Origin: the human T2T-CHM13v2.0 reference genome, Homo sapiens
Assembly (NCBI RefSeq): GCF_009914755.1
Contig: NC_060933.1
Strand: one strand, 5' to 3'
Length of the DNA stretch: 64,000 bases
The notes below the pieces were generated by a model, which saw only the letters and a list, made by a program, of their open reading frames with translations, was not told where the DNA came from and searched no databases. This document shows, piece after piece, positions 41,410 through 55,034 of the stretch; position 1 is the stretch's first letter; the number at the start of each line of letters is the position of its first letter. The position numbers were made by a program, and so were the translations under genes.

Positions 41410-42017
41410 CTGGTATTATGGGCTCATGCCACCAATTCCCATCCATTGCCTACCCCTTGTCCACATTGTCTGTCATACTAATTTATAAGGAAATTAAGTC
41501 ACTTGGTAGAATCACCTCTATATAAGCCATGACAGATTGTGAAAATGCCTAAAATATTTTTTATTCACCTTCATGAAGAGGAGGAATCTCTTTCCCAACC
41601 ATTGAAACTAGGCTGGTTTTTCAGCTCACTTTGTGTAGAAGAACATGAAGGAAGTGAAGTTATACAACTTTTAGGCCTAGCCTGCAAGAGGCCTTTCAGC
41701 TTCTACTCTTGGTTTGCTGCCACCATATGAATAAGTCCAGGCTAGCCTGCTGGAGAATAGACAAAATGTGGGAGAACCGAGGTACCGTAGCCAATAGCTA
41801 GACAATTGCCAGACATGTGAGTGTGGTCGCTTGGAATCAGTCAGTCCCCAGACAACACAACAACTAACAGCACATATATGATCAGGCTCACTGAGATTAG
41901 CAGAACCCAGCCATGTTTAAAACAACTGACCAGCAGAATCATGAACTAAATGAATGGTAGTTGATTTGAAGTCACAACATTTATGGTAGCATTTTATGCA
42001 GCAATAGTTAATTAACA
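41410..42017 (+). mobile_element. MLT1 (G/H-like) MaLR solo LTR
   Basis: 'aggcctagcctgcaagaggcctttcagcttc','caggctagcctgctggag','cagaatcatgaactaaat...ttttatgcagcaatagttaattaaca'. Confidence 0.75.
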
Positions 42018-42209
42018 TGTAAGCCGACGTCATTTAAGTACATCAATGTAATACCAAATTAATTACTACTTTTTGTCCTATAACTTGATCCAGTATTCCA
42101 GTTATTACAACAAGGCTTGATTTCTCTTTTATACTCTGTTTAGCCAGGTGCTATGTTTAGCTACACTTGTGTCAATGAGTTCCATATGTAAGAATCAAGA
42201 TGACATAAG

Positions 42210-42430
42210 AGGCAGTGTTGAGCAGTAGTTAAATGGTCAGGCCCTGGAATTAAGCAGGCCTTGTTTGAGTCCTTTCAACCATACAGTGGTTCATTGGTCT
42301 TGGATAAGTATATTAATTTCTCAATTTTTTTCTTCTGTAAAATAAGGATAGTAATACCTGCCTTATAAAGCTATAGTGAGGACCAAATAATATAACATAT
42401 TTAATGTCTCATGTACAGTAGGTCTTAAAC
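42210..42430 (+). mobile_element. MIR
   Basis: 'gaggcagtgttgagcagtagttaa...cttctgtaaaataaggatagtaatacctgcc'. Confidence 0.75.
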
Positions 42431-42616
42431 GGGTTATTTTTAAATTTTCTACCACAGTGCAGGGCCCTAGTGTTTTTGATTAATACATAATTAATACATA
42501 ATTTTCAACTTCTTTAACTCCCATGGTTTCTTTTAAGTGCCTTTACATTCTGTACTTTAACAATACAAGTAAAACTCTTAATAGAGCTTACTATGTGAAA
42601 GAAATAATTGCACATA

Positions 42617-42755
42617 ATTATATATTATATATTAAATATATGTATTATATATTATATATTATATATGTGTGTATATGTATATATACATGTGTATACACAG
42701 TATATATGTGTGTGTGTATATATATATATATAAACACATACATATACACATATAT
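42617..42755. repeat. Degenerate (TA/TG/CA)n tract inside an antisense MIR
   Basis: Seen directly. Confidence 0.85.
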
Positions 42756-44789
42756 TGGCTCAATTATCCACACATAAGCTCTAAGAGGTAGAAACTATTA
42801 TAATATTCATTTTAGAAAAGGAAGATGTCTAAGAGAGGATAAATCACCTGCTCTGATAGTACTAAAGAAGTAGTGGAGGCAGCCTGGCACTAAAGCTCAT
42901 GCTCTTAATACTGTGCTATGCTGCTGGCCTTTTTCCTTTTATCATGGTCTGGAACATTCCTGTCTTGCGACTGTGTTGATAAGGGCAATATCCAACACCA
43001 TAGCGTTTGTTAGGGGTTACGGGGAAGTAACTTATCTAGTAGAAATCAAATCCAATGAAATCTACATTTTAAAATTAAGAACAACAAAATCAAAGATCTT
43101 GTCTACTAAAGCATCTTCTCCAAAATGTAGTGTCTTCATACTCATTGCACCAGCTGCCTATGACCTGTGTTAATCAAATATGTTATCACACCGTATTGTC
43201 CAGAGAAGCCAAAATGGGAACTCTCTCAAAGAGAAATTTCTTTTGAGTTTGACTATATTTTTGTTGTTGTTGTTATTGTTAAATGTAGATAAATTACTTT
43301 CTTTTTGAAATGCCTATTCAGCTTGCTTCTTTTTGAGATCTACTTTAGGCGTATTTTCAAGATTAAATTCATCTATAACTATAATTTGCTTTGCTTCAGA
43401 GAAGATAGAGTCATTTGTTTTGAAGTGGAACACATTGAAGATACTTTGAACTGTATTACTGAAATCAGCTACTTAAAATGAAATTCTTCTTTCTGCCTTT
43501 ATGAAGATAAAATGGCAGATTAACAGATGACACACACATGCACACACACTTGCTACAATACAACGACAATAATTTATCCTAGCAATAAACACTTTTGGGG
43601 AAAAATGATAAATAGCACATCCCCCTCCAAAATAAAATATCCCTCCCTATAGGCTTGCCTATAACATATTAATGATACATAATATATAATAAAACATTTA
43701 GTACATGTACTGAAGTAGACATAGGACGTGTAATTCCAGAACTAATCTCATATATCTGAAAAAGAAGTAACATTTTGCTCATGTTTTTAAAATAAAGCTA
43801 TAAATTCAGTAATTCGAGAGTTATATTTACAACCTATTAATTTGGAAGGTAAAAAGGATGAAATGAATTTTGCATGGACTAGCACTACTCTGCCACCATT
43901 GGTAGAAAAGCAATCAAAACATTGTTTGTTTTGTTATTTGTCAGCTTGAAGGGAGCACTACCAATAGAAGTTTTTAAATATGCAGGTATGTTGTGCTGAT
44001 GTTTTCATACCCTTTGCCATGTTTGTAAAAGATGGGGACAGAGAGGTTGCCCCTGAGGTGCACATGGCTTAAATGGAGGTTTAGTGTCCATCCAAGAGGA
44101 TGGAGCTCAATAGATATAGTCTAAGGTTGTTTAAAGGGAAATTGCGTCGAGCATTCTTTACCCTGTTTTTATGCCTGTAGCATTTCTGGTTGTTTTTAGA
44201 GTGAGAACACAGATTATCATCTACCTGCCAAACTCCCCTTTAACAATCAAGATACACTTCAGATGTTACTTCTTTCTGTCTTTCCTCTGAAACTGAAAAG
44301 CATGAGGTCCTGATTTTTACTGGTATTCTTATTTATTAATATTTTACTATAATTTCCTTTCAAAGGTGTAGCTATCATATACCATAAACGAAGTCTGGCA
44401 CTTAGCATATAGAGGCATTTTAGAAAACCTAATATCTGGTTTCTTACCTCTCAGCTGCTTTGGATATCAAATAAATCATCTGTTTCTCTCCTATTTATTT
44501 TACTCTCATTTAAAAACCGCACATGAGCACTTCCCATGCAGTAAACATTAGGTTAGATGCTGCAAGGGATACAAATATGTTAAAACACAAGAAGACATAG
44601 TCTAGAGGAGTTGAAAAACCCATTAAGAGCTCCCTTCTCTCCTGAGCACTGCTATAGATGGATAATGGGGCACTAGAGGGGTTTCTTGCAAGTGGTCCAG
44701 CCCACCTGCTCTCACACATGTTCCTGCTTAAGAGATATGAAGGCCCGGTGTGTATGAATACGATCACTTCACTACTCAAACAACTAGCT

Positions 44790-45010
44790 ATTATTACTTA
44801 CTGAGCATTCATTGTGTACTTAGCACTTGATGTATATTCTCTCCATTAATCCTCACCATAATCCCATGAGGGATAATCTTCATTTTACATATGAGAAAAC
44901 TGAGGTTGTTTATAAAGGTTAAATCATTTGCTTAAATTCTACAATTAATATGATACAGATGGATTTTTCACAGATTTGTCTCATTCTAAAATCTAGGCTT
45001 CTAATTTCTA
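44790..45010 (-). mobile_element. MIR
   Basis: 'ttaatcctcaccataatcccatgagg...cattttacatatgagaaaactgagg'. Confidence 0.8.
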
Positions 45011-45090
45011 TCTAAACTTGTCTCTTCATCAATAATTTTATGCTCCTATTCCACAGACTTTTAAATGAATGTCACATTAGTCTAAATCAG

Positions 45091-45327
45091 CCCTCTGTGG
45101 CATAAGGACAATGTGTTTGTTCCAAAGGTATTCCTTTGTGTTATGCATCAGGTGAAAAAGCTGTGCCAGGAAACATCACTCCTTTGTTAGATGAGGCCAT
45201 CTCCTCTTAACCACTTTAAGATGTAGGGGAAAACTCCTAATATAGAGCTCGGCATAACTGATAATATTATATGAGGACATTCAATAGGTCAACCTCCCCT
45301 ACTTTCTTCAATTGAGACCCTTGAAAT
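45091..45327 (+). repeat. Copy A of an unclassified ~240-bp dispersed direct repeat
   Basis: Aligns end to end with 46748-46990 at about 80% identity (17 mismatches in the first 88 bp, counted by eye). Confidence 0.92.
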
Positions 45328-46747
45328 CATCAAATTACATTCTAGATCTTATTCTTTATTTCTGTAAACAGTATCACATCTGTTTCCTTTGCAGAGTCTC
45401 TGTGTGTAATACAGTCAGTTGCACCCAGGACAGTAGCAGCATGAAACATCTTCGATCATTTCCCCAGGATTTTTTAACATTGCAAAATATTCCTTAATCA
45501 TAAAAAGGTAATGGGTTGAAGCCAGTTATAGCCATGTATCACTCCTTAATTTAAAATGATGCCTCACCTAATAATGCAATTTCACAGAACAGTAAACAAA
45601 ACAGCCATCTGTTTGGCTTTTATATTTCATCTGAGGATCAGGAACAAGGGTTTCTGATATTTGAGAGGATTCTTTGGGCAATCTTTGAGGAAAGTGGTTA
45701 AGAAAATCACAATGTGAATAATAAGCAAAGGAGGAAAGGGGATCTTGCCTGCCTTCATCCTCTGGCTGACGAAGCAGAATCACTGCTTCTCCACAGAGGA
45801 AGGAAAGTATGAGATTGTATTAGACTGTGTTTCCATTTTCCAAAAGTAGGTTATTTTCATGTCTAATCAATTCTTTGGTTCATCAGGATGGTTAATTGCT
45901 GAGAAAGTCATCTGATCAAAACAACCAGACCTTAACAACTGCTTGGCAATGCAGCGGGGTTTTCAGTCATTGACCTCAATTGACTCAAAAATGGGTGATT
46001 TACTTAGCTTTAATCAGAGCAGTTGCTGCTATTATAAAGCTTGACTCTGCTTTTCATCAGTATCATGGTGGGTTCAGACGTAGTTGCTGCTGGTTATATG
46101 GTAGGTGCAGAAGATTTGGAATCAGACACACCTGGATTTGAAACTGCCTCTGTCAGTTATGAATGACTTTTGACAACTTACTTGAATTTTTCAAGGATGG
46201 GTTTTCTCACCTGCATAATAATGAAATTAATATCTACTGCATTTAGGGAGAATGTAAAGTAGTATTAAGTGGTAAACTTTTAGTGCATCCTAGTTCCCTT
46301 TGGTTATCCTTATACTCAAAAGGCCTAGCCATATAAACAGGTAGCTCTAAGTGAACATGATTCTTTATCTTGACTTAAGAATCTAACTTGTTAAATAATT
46401 TTGGTTGAAAATAAAGCATACTGTTTACTTACATACTTTTTTGACAATTGTATCATAGCAGTGAAAAATAGAAACAGCACTATTCTAATAAATCATCTTA
46501 ACAGCTCAGTAAATGTTTAATGTTTGCTTAGCACATTTATCTGTTTAAAGAAAAATGAAATAGATACAAAGAGTATTCTGCTATTATCCTGCCCCAGCAA
46601 ACTTGCAGAACACATTGCAAAGACACTGTGCATTAATAAGAATATATTGTATGCTCTGGACTTTTTTCTTCCTAAAAACCTCACAAGAGTTTTAAAATTT
46701 TAAATTAAAAAAATAGTGATAGGGTAATAACAAAGCCCTTTTTTCTT

Positions 46748-46990
46748 CCCTATATGGTATAATGACAATGTGTTAGTCCCAAAGATATTCCCTTATGTTA
46801 TGAATGAAGTTTAAAAGTTGTACCAAGAAACATCAATCTCTCTTTGGTAGTTGAGGTCCATTTCCTCTTAGCCACTCTTTAACATCTAGGAGAGAACTAC
46901 CAATATGGAGCTGTGCATAACTGATGATATTATATGAGGATGTTCAATAGGTCAACCACCCCCACCTTTTTCAGTTGAGACACCTGAAAT
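46748..46990 (+). repeat. Copy B of the unclassified ~240-bp dispersed direct repeat
   Basis: See copy A; shared blocks include 'gcataactgat.atattatatgagga..ttcaataggtcaacc'. Confidence 0.92.
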
Positions 46991-47481
46991 GCTAGAAATG
47001 TCTAATGACTCAAGGAATCCTTTAGTTTTAGAGTAGAAGATGGCAGTAAAAATAGTCTTCAAGCTCTCATACACTAAACTAATTACCATACTCATCACCA
47101 CTAAAGTACTTCCATTTTCTCATTTCTCTATCTTCTCTTTTATGGCTTCTTAACCTCACTAAAGATGTAGCCCCTGGTGTTCCAACAGACTTTGAATCCA
47201 TGCATATAAAAATTGAGAAGCAGGAAAAAAGAGGGAGGGATGTAAGAAACTGAAGATAGCCTAGGTAGGATGTTATGAGATTTGCAGTTCAGTTTCACAA
47301 ATATGTAATATTGGGTCACTGCTTTTGCAAACCCCTGTAGCACCTATGAAGATGAATTAGTTATGTCTTCAGATTTCCTATATTGAATTAGATATGTGTG
47401 TGTCTAATTCTCAGAAACTACCAGGAAGAATCATAAGTAATCCCTAAGATGGGGAGTCAGGGAGAGGGAGAGGCTGATTTC

Positions 47482-47488
47482 CACGCGC

Positions 47489-47521
<33 letters not shown>

Positions 47522-47529
47522 TGTGTGTG
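47482..47529. repeat. Compound (CG)n(TG)n alternating purine-pyrimidine tract
   Basis: ca(cg)3tg(cg)7(tg)12. Confidence 0.97.
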
Positions 47530-48074
47530 ATTCTGGATATTTTGACGAGATTCTTAGTTTCATTTCAATGATTTTTGATTGATGACAGCTGACTGGAGCA
47601 TAGTGTAGAAGAAGATTCTTTCCTCATAGGTTTGGCAGAAGAGGGTCCTGGTCAAAGTGCCAGCCATGTGACTTAGGTGGGTGAAAGGTACCAACTTTGT
47701 TTTCAAAATTTCAATCCCAGTCCCTACAGCATAAAATTCAATCTTCCTAGTATGGCATATAAGATTTGTATAGCATCCTATGCTCTGTCATAGCACACAA
47801 GCATGACAAAGTACTTATAATTGACAAAATACACCATACTGTTTCACTTCTATGAGCCTTTGTTCACGTAACTCTTTTCCTAGAATAATTTCTCTTTCAT
47901 TCCAATATCATCCTCCTAGAGAAAATCTCCTTAACTTTTAAATTCAAAATCAAAAGACTTTTGTCTTCATTTTATTTCAAATAGATATGACTTCTTTTGT
48001 TTTACCTATATTTTTCCTATATGCCATCAGTATACTGTCTTTAATAAATGGGTTGCTTACACTCAATGTCATAT

Positions 48075-48642
48075 TACATATTAGTTATGCCTTGCTGGGT
48101 GACAAACTGACCTAAAACTGGGTAGCTTAAAACAACAAATGCTTACTTTTTTACAGTTTCTATATGCCAGGAGCTCAGGGCTGGCTCAGCTGATGGTTCT
48201 GGCTCAAGGTCTCTCATTACATTGTGGTCAAGGTGTTGACTGGGGTTGCAGTGATTCTGGCACCTAATGGGGACTAAAGAATCTGCTTCCCAAGCTCACC
48301 TGTGGTTGCTGTCAAGCCTCAGTTCCTTGTAGGTGATTAAACTGAGGGCCTCGTTTCCTTGTATACCAATGGACCTCTCCATTGAGCTTCTGAGAACATG
48401 ATAACTTGCTTACTACAGCATGAGTGATGAGAGAGAGAGAGAGAGAGAAACTCAAGGCAGAAACAACAGTCTTTCTTAATAACCTAATCTCAAAAGCCAC
48501 ATCCCATCACATATGTCACCTTCTATTCATTGAAAGCAGTAAGTCTGGCCACATTCAAGAAGTGATTATAGAGAACATAAATACTAGGAGTCAGGAATCA
48601 TTGTCGGGGGTGGAGAAGGTAATCTAAGAGACTGTCTACCAC
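48075..48642 (-). mobile_element. MLT1 (F-like) MaLR LTR nested in an L2
   Basis: 'gtagcttaaaacaacaaat...ggttctggctcaaggtctctca...aagcctcagttcctt...tcccatcac...ctgtctaccaca'. Confidence 0.8.
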
Positions 48643-50945
48643 ATCCAGTATCTTCCTAACTAGACTTAAAGCTATTTGAGAGCTGAAACCAAACCAAACT
48701 CAATTTCTCTGTTTTCCTGTCATCTGCCTAGTGTCTGGCACAGTAAATATTAAAGAAAGGAAGAAGAGAAGAAGGGAGAAAGAGAGAGCGCAATCAAAGA
48801 TAAATCACATATTAAATCCCTTAAATAATTGGAAATGATTGATCTATAGAACAATTGTTTGGAAGAAAGAAACAGAATTTTAATATTTTAGTCAAGATTG
48901 AAATTATGTAGAATTTCTAGCACCATGGCCCTTGATTATGGCATTGACAGAAACAGAATTTGTGATTCAATAACTCATGTATAAGTCTGGAAAGAATCAC
49001 TAAAGTTAGAAACAAAAAGATCAGTTACGGTCATTCTCCCAGTTCATGGCAGTTCCTTGCAGTATATTCTGTGACTCTTTCAGAAAGCCCTGTGGCTGAA
49101 ACACTGACATCTATGGATGCAGTTTTATATAATAAACAGAAGTTCAATTATCTTAAATGGGCTATTTTAAATGTTTTATCCAAAGTGAATTCCAATTTAG
49201 GCTGATTTCTCCTCAAAAGCACAGTGAAAAAGTATTCATTCTCTGTCTCCAACAATACTTAATAGGACATTTTTTTTCCCTTTCAAATCTAGTGCTCTGT
49301 TTTTACTTACTCCCTCTCTCTTTCCCTAAATACGTAGGTGATGGGAAATCAATATGATTGATATATAGTCATTGCCCTAATAATTCATTGTATGTACATC
49401 CAGATGAGCATTTAATCAAAAAACCATAATGTAATATGAATAAATGTGCCTTACCATACTCTATAAAAGCACTGTAGGGTCATACGAAAAGAGTGATTAG
49501 CTCTGCCTGGAAAGGTCAGAAGACCACACAGATGAGATATTATTTAGGCCTTTACTGTTAAGGAAGAAGTTATATACTAGTTTGTCATCTTTTTAAAAAT
49601 AAACAATGACTATGGGGGGAGATAGTTTAGTTATGGGTCAAACTTGTGGAAAACAGACACTGAATTTAATTAAAAGCTCATTTTGACACTAAAAGACACT
49701 ATGTGAGCTGAAGTTGTACCTGAATTTCAACAAATAATTTTTCCCAATCAATATAAATTTAATATTTAAAATAATAAGATATTTACTAATATACATAAAA
49801 TAGAAATATTTCAACTGCAATTTCAAGAAAAAGAAAGGAACTGATGATGGAAAAAATCAAAAGGCAAAACTTTCCCTGTTATTGCTCAGAGTGGCAACTA
49901 TAAGAGTTTCCACTTCCTATTAACTGTGATTGATTTTGTGGCAATTTACATGTATTAAAAATAAATCTATTCACATGGGTTAATTTGATTGCAGCTTCAG
50001 GGCTAATAAAGGACAGTCTGAATGCTTTCAGATCTGAATTCTGTCTCTATTTTCTTTGCATTTATGGTCACATTAATCATGAATGCAGAATAGAAAAGTG
50101 TTATAAGATACATTTTGTATTAACTGCACTTTTAAAATACAGGATTCTGATGTTTGTATTTAATTTCTATTAATTTCCCATAATAAAACATGGCAGATAA
50201 AAGAGACGTTGACTTCAGCTTGACTACATTTTCAATTTATTATCAGCCATATATACTGAAGATTAATCACAATTCCACTAGTAGAAAATGAACGTTGTTA
50301 AGAAATCTTGTTTTAATTTCTGGAGAGAGTAGAAATGAGGAGGAAATGACAGTAGTAAGACAACAAGAATATGCATTAAAAAAATCCCAATCTTGGATTT
50401 TCTTGAAAAAACATAGATTCAGAAAGACTAAGCATAGTAATTAATTGTTACTTTTTAGCATTCAAAATGGCTATCATCTCTCTTAAAAAGCAGTGGATTA
50501 TAAAGACATGGAAGAGGTAACAGTAGATGGTTTCATGGGAAGGCATCATTGCATACAATTCCAAGTTGGAAAAGTGTATGTTAAGATGTGATCTTGCAAA
50601 TAGGCTTCCTAAATTATAAAACCCACACCTGTTATCCCTTTCCTACTCTCCCAGCTGTGACCCTTCACCCCTATATAAAGGGAAGATCTCAGCCACTGGG
50701 TTACTCCAAAACTCTTCCACTTCTTATTTATTACACAAATATAATTTGCAAAGATGCAACATATCAGGCATCATGCTGAGCCAGAAAAGCAGATAAGTAA
50801 GAAACGTCCCCTCTACTTAGGGACATGCAAACCAGAAAGAGATGAACCTCAAAGCCTAGGATAGTGCTGATGGAAAGGAAAAAAACAGATTTAAGACATA
50901 CTTCTGAAAGCAAATAAAGAAATCTTCATTAAAATCTGGATATGG

Positions 50946-51289
50946 TCACAATGAGATATCACTGCACTCCAGCGAGAATGGTCAAAAAAAGGCAAAAAGC
51001 ATTAGATGTTGACATGGATGTGGTGAAAAGGGAACACTTTTACACTGCTTGTGGGAATGTACATTAGTACAACCACTATGGAAAACAGTTTGGAGATTCC
51101 TTAAAGAGCTGAAAGTGGAACTACCATTCCATCCAGCAATCCCACTACTGGGTAGCTACCCAAAGGAAAACAAATCATTATATGAAAAAGACACATGCAC
51201 ATGCATGTTTACAGCAGCACAATTTGCAACTGCAAAGATATAGAACCAACCCAAGTGCCCATCAACCAATGAGTGGATAAAGAAAATGT

Positions 51290-51387
<98 letters not shown>

Positions 51388-51768
51388 TGAAAATACTACT
51401 ATACTACTATGGAATACTACTCATCCAAAAAAAGGAACAAAATAATGTCTTTTGTAGCAACTTGGATGGAGCTGGAGGCCATTATTCTAAGTGAAGTAAT
51501 TCAGGATTGGAAAACCAAATATCGTATGTTCTCACTTACAAGTGGGAGCTAAGCTATGAGGACTGCAAAGGCATAAGAATGATATAATGGACTTTTGGGG
51601 ACTATGGGTTGTGGGAAGAGAGGGTTGTGAGGGATAAAAGACTACAAATTGTGTAGTCAGAAAGAATGACTACACACCACTGAAGAACTTATCCACGTAA
51701 CCCAAAATGACCTGTACCCTAAAAATTACTAAAATAAAAAAAATTAAGAAAAAAAGGAAAAAAAAAAA
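50946..51768 (+). mobile_element. 5'-truncated L1PB (L1PB1-like) with first poly(A) tail
   Basis: 'atggatgtggtgaaaagggaacacttttacactgc','ggagctaagctatgaggac','gaacttatccacgtaaccc...cctgtaccctaaaaattactaaaataaaaa'. Confidence 0.93.
51291..51386. repeat. Compound (CT)24(AT)17(AC)7 microsatellite within the L1PB
   Basis: Seen directly. Confidence 0.95.
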
Positions 51769-51950
51769 GAGAGAAGAGTCTCCAAAATACTGAGAACATT
51801 ATTCAGATAGAGGACAGAGACCCTCCTGGTTAGTCAATCATCTGAACCCTGATTGTGTCTGGCCCATGCTACAACCTGCTTTCTCTATAACTATCTATCT
51901 TGTAAGAGCACTGCCAGAATAAAGTTCTTGAGCATCAAAAAAAAAAAAAA
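51769..51950 (+). other. Probable L1-mediated 3' transduced segment with its own AATAAA and poly(A)
   Basis: About 168 bp of non-L1 sequence; AATAAA at 51918-51923, A14 at 51937-51950, followed by a match to the 5' TSD. Confidence 0.8.
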
Positions 51951-53816
51951 TACTGGAGATGGGACTTGAGAAATGACATTTTTATCCTTCCTGTAATTGG
52001 CTTCTATCAAACCAGAAGTCTTCTGTCTCAGTATTCGCCATACATTCGTTATTCTCTTATGCTCTCAAGGCCAAATTTTTTATCACATTTACTTTAAATG
52101 AGAAGGCCAATACAATCAGATATGAATATTTCTCTTTTGTTTCTTTCCTAATCCATAATTTGGACTCACTTTTATTTTATTCTCTAGTCTGAGTCACAGC
52201 TTGGATATCTATTCTTATCTATTGTTTTTAAAAGGTTTATTGACTATTTTCATGGAACACTTGTACAAAAGAAGAAGGAGGAAAAATGAAACACTGATAT
52301 AACCCATGAAGACTATATTTTACCATTCTATTGTTAGCTTAGAGTATTCCAGGCTCTCTCAATCGACTATAACCTCTACATTTTTCTTCCTTAAACTTTC
52401 ATTTTACTTAAAAAAAATTCCCTGTGAAAAGACCCACTTTTTTTCTCTTTAGCAGAGTTAACTTTTGGGAAACAAACTTTGTCACTGGTAATTTTTTATA
52501 ATAAAGAACATAAACTGAGCACTCAGTATACAAATATTAAAACAAACTCACTACAGGAAATAATTAAATAATATAGACCAGATTCAAACAACTACAGACA
52601 CTAAAGGCTATACATTAAACAAAAACCTGTTCAATTTTACTGTAAAGTAATTCAAGTCTTGTTTATTATGTCATTTTAACCATATTTCATAATTCAACAC
52701 TCTAGTACCTTTATAATGTTGTTATCTAAGAATCATGTCAAATTTTATTTAGCGGTATCACTATATGTAAGAAGAAGGGTTATTGTGCTTTGTGGCCAAG
52801 AAAACTTCTAAATTAGCAAAAATTGTGATGCCTCATATTTCTAGGACAAAAACATGCCATGTAATAGAAAAATAGGAGTTGCTCACAAACGTTCTAATGA
52901 TCTCTGGACTGTGAGGTTTGATGCCCAATTGTCATTCTATCTGACATCAAGATTACTGTGAAGGACTGTGAATTTAACATAGAATGACAATGTAATAGGA
53001 GAAAAAACAATGTAGATTGGTTACTGGAATGCAGGCTTACACATTTGTCCCATGATCTTCAGTCCTGATGGCTAGGATTAGAATGACAATATCCCTTCCT
53101 GGTTTTGTGTATCAAGTAGCTCTCTCCTTGGAGAATGAGTATCAGACTAAGAAGGAAAGTGATATGACAAAGGACCATGTGAGACTGCAGTTATTATGAG
53201 CAATTGGGGTCAATGGAGAGTAATAAAAATCAATACAAAAGATAATAGAATGAACAAAACTTGGAAAATTGTTGGATAAATCAATAGAAAGAGTGCACTG
53301 GGGACGTGAGATTTTAGAACAGTAAATACTCACTGATTGATTGACAGGTTGGTTTAACATTCTTGCCACTTATTTCATTTTCAGTGTTTCTATTTGTGTC
53401 GGCCAGCAGTGATCCGCAATAGAAAGCAGTTACCAAGATTACTAACTTGGGGGTTTTATTAATAGTCTTTCTTTCTGTTCTTAACATAATAAATAGCCCA
53501 CTCCACAGTTTCTCAGAAGCTTTTGACCAAATTATCCATAGCAACAACCTGTAATTGCAAGGACTTCAAGTATTTGTTATGTTTTGTTTTTCACTTGGTA
53601 AAGTCAAGACTTAAATTTACTCTTTATATAATAAAAATAATTTTGAGATCCTAAGAACATAAAATCTTAATGGAAGATTAGTTTCTGCCAAGACCTTTGC
53701 AACCTAATAGTTTTAACTATTGGCACTGAACATAGACATATGTCTTAATACCTGGAGACGGTGATTGTCAGGATTCTGGCAGGAAATGGGACAGTCTGTT
53801 TGAGAGAGAAGAATAA

Positions 53817-54147
<331 letters not shown>

Positions 54148-54400
54148 AGGAAGAGTATTTATAAAAGCGTGTCGGGGTATAGAGAAATGAAGAAGAGATA
54201 AGGCAGTACTGCATGGTAGCAAGAGGAGGAAGTCCTTACCACCGCAAGGCCTGATAGGGCAAGGGTAAGGAACGGTTCCTGGAGCCTTGAAAGCATAGCT
54301 CTGTGGAGAGGGTCATATGATACGAGCTGCAGCTTTCAATAAAGGAAAGGGGCCACCCTTTGAAGACCTGGCAGAGTGAACTGGGGTTCAAATACCTCAA

Positions 54401-55034
54401 TGTGATGGTTACTTATAGGTATCAACTTGACTGCATTAAGGAATACCAAGATAACTGGTAAAGCATTATATCCAGATGTGCCTATTGGGTGTTATCAAAG
54501 GAGGTTGGCTTATGAGTCAGTGGACTGAGTGGAGAAGGTCCACTCTCAATGTAGTGGTCACGATCCTGGGCTGGGGCCCAGATAAGACAAAAAGGCAGAG
54601 GAAAGGCAAACACTTTTCTTTCTTTGTCCTAGAGCTGGGACACTCTTCTTCTGCCTTTGTACTTCGTAACTCTAGACTCTTCAGACTTTGGACCCTAGAA
54701 CTTACACGAGCAGCCTCCCCACTCACCACATTCTTGGGTCTTCAGCATCTGACTGAGAATTATGTCATGGGCTTCCCTGGTCCTGAGGCTGTCACAATTG
54801 GCCGCAGACATGTTACTGGCATCCCAGGGTCTCCAGCTTGCAGACAGCCTGTTGTGGAACTTCTCAGCCTCCAAAATCACATGAGCCAATTTCCCTAATA
54901 AATCCCTTCCTATACACACAGACACATATACACACAGACGCACACACACACACACACACACACAGACGCGCACACACACCCACACACACACATACAGATC
55001 ACTTCTATCTCTCTGGAAAACCCTGACCAATGTA
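54401..55034 (+). mobile_element. MLT2B-like ERVL solo LTR with internal (CA)n (~54912-54995)
   Basis: 'tgtgatggtt...tcaacttgactg','gagtcagtggactgagtggagaag','cagggtctccagcttgcagacagcct','ctggaaaaccctgaccaat'. Confidence 0.85.

Noticed and set aside
46748-46990. Possible snoRNA or coding exon within the 240-bp repeat (TGATGA present in copy B)
   Set aside because: The C-box-like motif is not conserved in copy A, and there is no terminal stem or shared open frame; kept only as an unexplained duplication
54476-54898. 140-aa ORF
   Set aside because: Lies entirely within an MLT2 LTR, with no recognisable domain
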